Source: Pseudogymnoascus verrucosus (Eukaryota). From it: a DNA stretch of 64,000 bases. A program made the translations under genes and the position numbers. This document shows positions 62,329 to 64,000 of the stretch, one piece after another. The notes below the pieces were generated by a model that searched no databases, was not told where the DNA came from, and saw only the letters and a program-made list of their open reading frames with translations. Where the stretch lies: the NCBI GenBank assembly GCA_001662655.1, contig KV460243.1; one strand, written 5' to 3'. Positions within the stretch are counted from its first letter, which is position 1. The number at the start of each line of letters is the position of its first letter.

Positions 62329-64000
62329 ATGGATCCCGCTAGCGGTGTTTCCATTCCTGGAAACACCTTTCAATTCCTCACCCTAGCGTATACCGTATCC
62401 TCTCGACTAACAACGTACTGCAAGGCTAGCAGCGAGACTCCTCCGATATTCCATGAGCTGTCCGTTCAGATTCCTCTAGTCGCTGATATATGCCAAAAAC
62501 TCCAAGACGATTCTTCGATCACCCCAGAACGACTATCTCATGTTCTAAAGGGGTGCAGTCGTATCCTTGAGACCCTGAACCAGATATTGTCAAAGGTCAT
62601 CCCTGAAACGGGCGACTCCGTAAGGTCCAAAGTCCGAAAGGGAATAAAAAGCGTTACCATTGAGAATAAAGCCAAAGAATGCAAGACTGAGCTAGAGAGT
62701 TACAAAGCGACATTAACGCTTTATCTTAGTGCCCAAAGACCATTCTTAGCTCACGCAGCTCTTGAACTTCCAACCTATCACTATCTGCCGTCGTTGGGAC
62801 AAGCGAAATTCATCGGGCGGAAACAGCTTCTCAAGGCCATCGACCGTGTATTAAAAGCGGGAGGTCGAGACACCTGTGTTGCAGTCCTGCTGGGAATGGG
62901 CGGACAGGGCAAAACTAGCCTAGCCATCGAATATTGCAGAGGAGAGAAATCCCGGGAACACTTCAAGACGATTCTGTGGATAAACAGCGTCTCGCACCTC
63001 TCCATCCAACGGAGCTTCGCAGAGATTGCAAAGAACATTGTAGCTTTGTCTGGCGAGCAGCGAGTCTTCCCTTCATCTAAAGCTCAGATTACCTTTATAC
63101 ACGGTATTGTCGAGAGCAGAAGCGCTCCGTGGCTCTTCGTATTTGATAACTACGATTGGCCTCAGAAGGTCAAACGCGTGCTCGATTACGCGCCACACTC
63201 AGCGAAAGGAGCAGTGATAATGACGACTCGACATGCGGATGTTGCTCAGTTAGGAACGCTTATTCCTGTATCCGGGATGAACGAAGTCGATGCGGTCGAA
63301 CTTCTCTTGGAACGCACTGGTCATGCACGCACTATCGGCAACTTAGAACAGGCAAAGGCTGTAGTGAAGATGCTTGGATATTTGCCTCTAGCCATTGATC
63401 AGAGCGCAGCTTATATTCGTTCTCGAAAGATCTCTCCCGAGCAATTTCTTGATCACTATAAAACTAGGAAAGAAAAATTATTGAAGTACCTTCCGTCTGT
63501 GTGGGACTATCAACGATCCTCGGGGGACGACGAAGATGAGCCTCCGCCTCTTAGTGTTTTTACAACATGGGAAATGTCCTTTACCCAAGCTGAGGAACAC
63601 AGCCCTATTGGCGATAATATTGGACACTTCCTTACCATACTTGGATTTTTCTCTCCACTGCAGATTCGGATGGAGATGTTCCAGGCCTACTATGAAGGGA
63701 TTCAACCCACGGGTGCTAACGCTTCGTCTTGGCTAGAGCCATTCTCGGATGGATCAAGCTGGGATAAATATGAATACCAGGACGCTGTTGTATTCGTATC
63801 CGAATTATCTCTTGTGACACACAGCGAAACATCCACTGATCCCGATGACCAACTACAAGATGCCCCCGGCTTCTGTACCATTGCACTGCACCCGCTAGTG
63901 CGGGACTGGGTGCAACTCAGGGTTCCGACTAGCGAGAGAAGGAAATATACCATCGAGGCCATAATTATCCTCGAACATTACATAATCTCCGCGGGCGATG
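62329..64000 (+). CDS. Fungal NLR: SesA/HeLo-like N-terminal domain plus NB-ARC; truncated by window end
   Basis: Uninterrupted frame from ATG 62329: MDPASGVSIPGNTFQFL..., FIGR, GMGGQGKT (Walker A), WLFVFDNYD (Walker B), VIMTTRH, LGYLPLAIDQSAAYI, WEMSF, LHPLVRDW. Absent from the ORF track because no stop falls in the window. Confidence 0.92.
   Translation, partial: MDPASGVSIPGNTFQFLTLAYTVSSRLTTYCKASSETPPIFHELSVQIPLVADICQKLQDDSSITPERLSHVLKGCSRILETLNQILSKVIPETGDSVRSKVRKGIKSVTIENKAKECKTELESYKATLTLYLSAQRPFLAHAALELPTYHYLPSLGQAKFIGRKQLLKAIDRVLKAGGRDTCVAVLLGMGGQGKTSLAIEYCRGEKSREHFKTILWINSVSHLSIQRSFAEIAKNIVALSGEQRVFPSSKAQITFIHGIVESRSAPWLFVFDNYDWPQKVKRVLDYAPHSAKGAVIMTTRHADVAQLGTLIPVSGMNEVDAVELLLERTGHARTIGNLEQAKAVVKMLGYLPLAIDQSAAYIRSRKISPEQFLDHYKTRKEKLLKYLPSVWDYQRSSGDDEDEPPPLSVFTTWEMSFTQAEEHSPIGDNIGHFLTILGFFSPLQIRMEMFQAYYEGIQPTGANASSWLEPFSDGSSWDKYEYQDAVVFVSELSLVTHSETSTDPDDQLQDAPGFCTIALHPLVRDWVQLRVPTSERRKYTIEAIIILEHYIISAGD

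Overview
Eukaryotic DNA from a filamentous ascomycete (GT-AG introns with CTAAC/CTGAC branch sites, Zn2Cys6 factors, a RIP-like tract). The supplied ORF track ignores introns and treats GTG/TTG as starts, so gene models were rebuilt by hand. About 28 protein-coding genes. Bases 1-17.3 kb are mostly conserved housekeeping genes: GFA-like 3' end, vph1, cis-prenyltransferase, dsc2, ING/PHD, RlpA-like, RraA-like, WBP2-like, qcr6. Bases 17.9-64 kb are accessory-type genes: CE12 esterase, two GH35 enzymes, cutinase, transporters, three transcription-factor-like genes, oxidoreductases, a Cys-rich secreted protein, 2EXR, GNAT, a 2H phosphoesterase and an NB-ARC NLR that runs off the right end. Main observations: (1) a predicted cell-surface protein with a truncated (2/2) globin-like motif whose signal peptide has no in-frame ATG; (2) a 713-bp non-autonomous hAT element with a perfect 8-bp target-site duplication and a RIP-like core; (3) a 2H phosphoesterase head-to-head with a SesA/HeLo-like NLR; (4) a Kex2-type prepro-protein with 10 Cys; (5) a 69-bp tandem array bounded by TGTGAC...GTCACA. 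Family calls come from motif recognition by eye; no database search was run. No tRNA, rRNA or CRISPR array was recognised.
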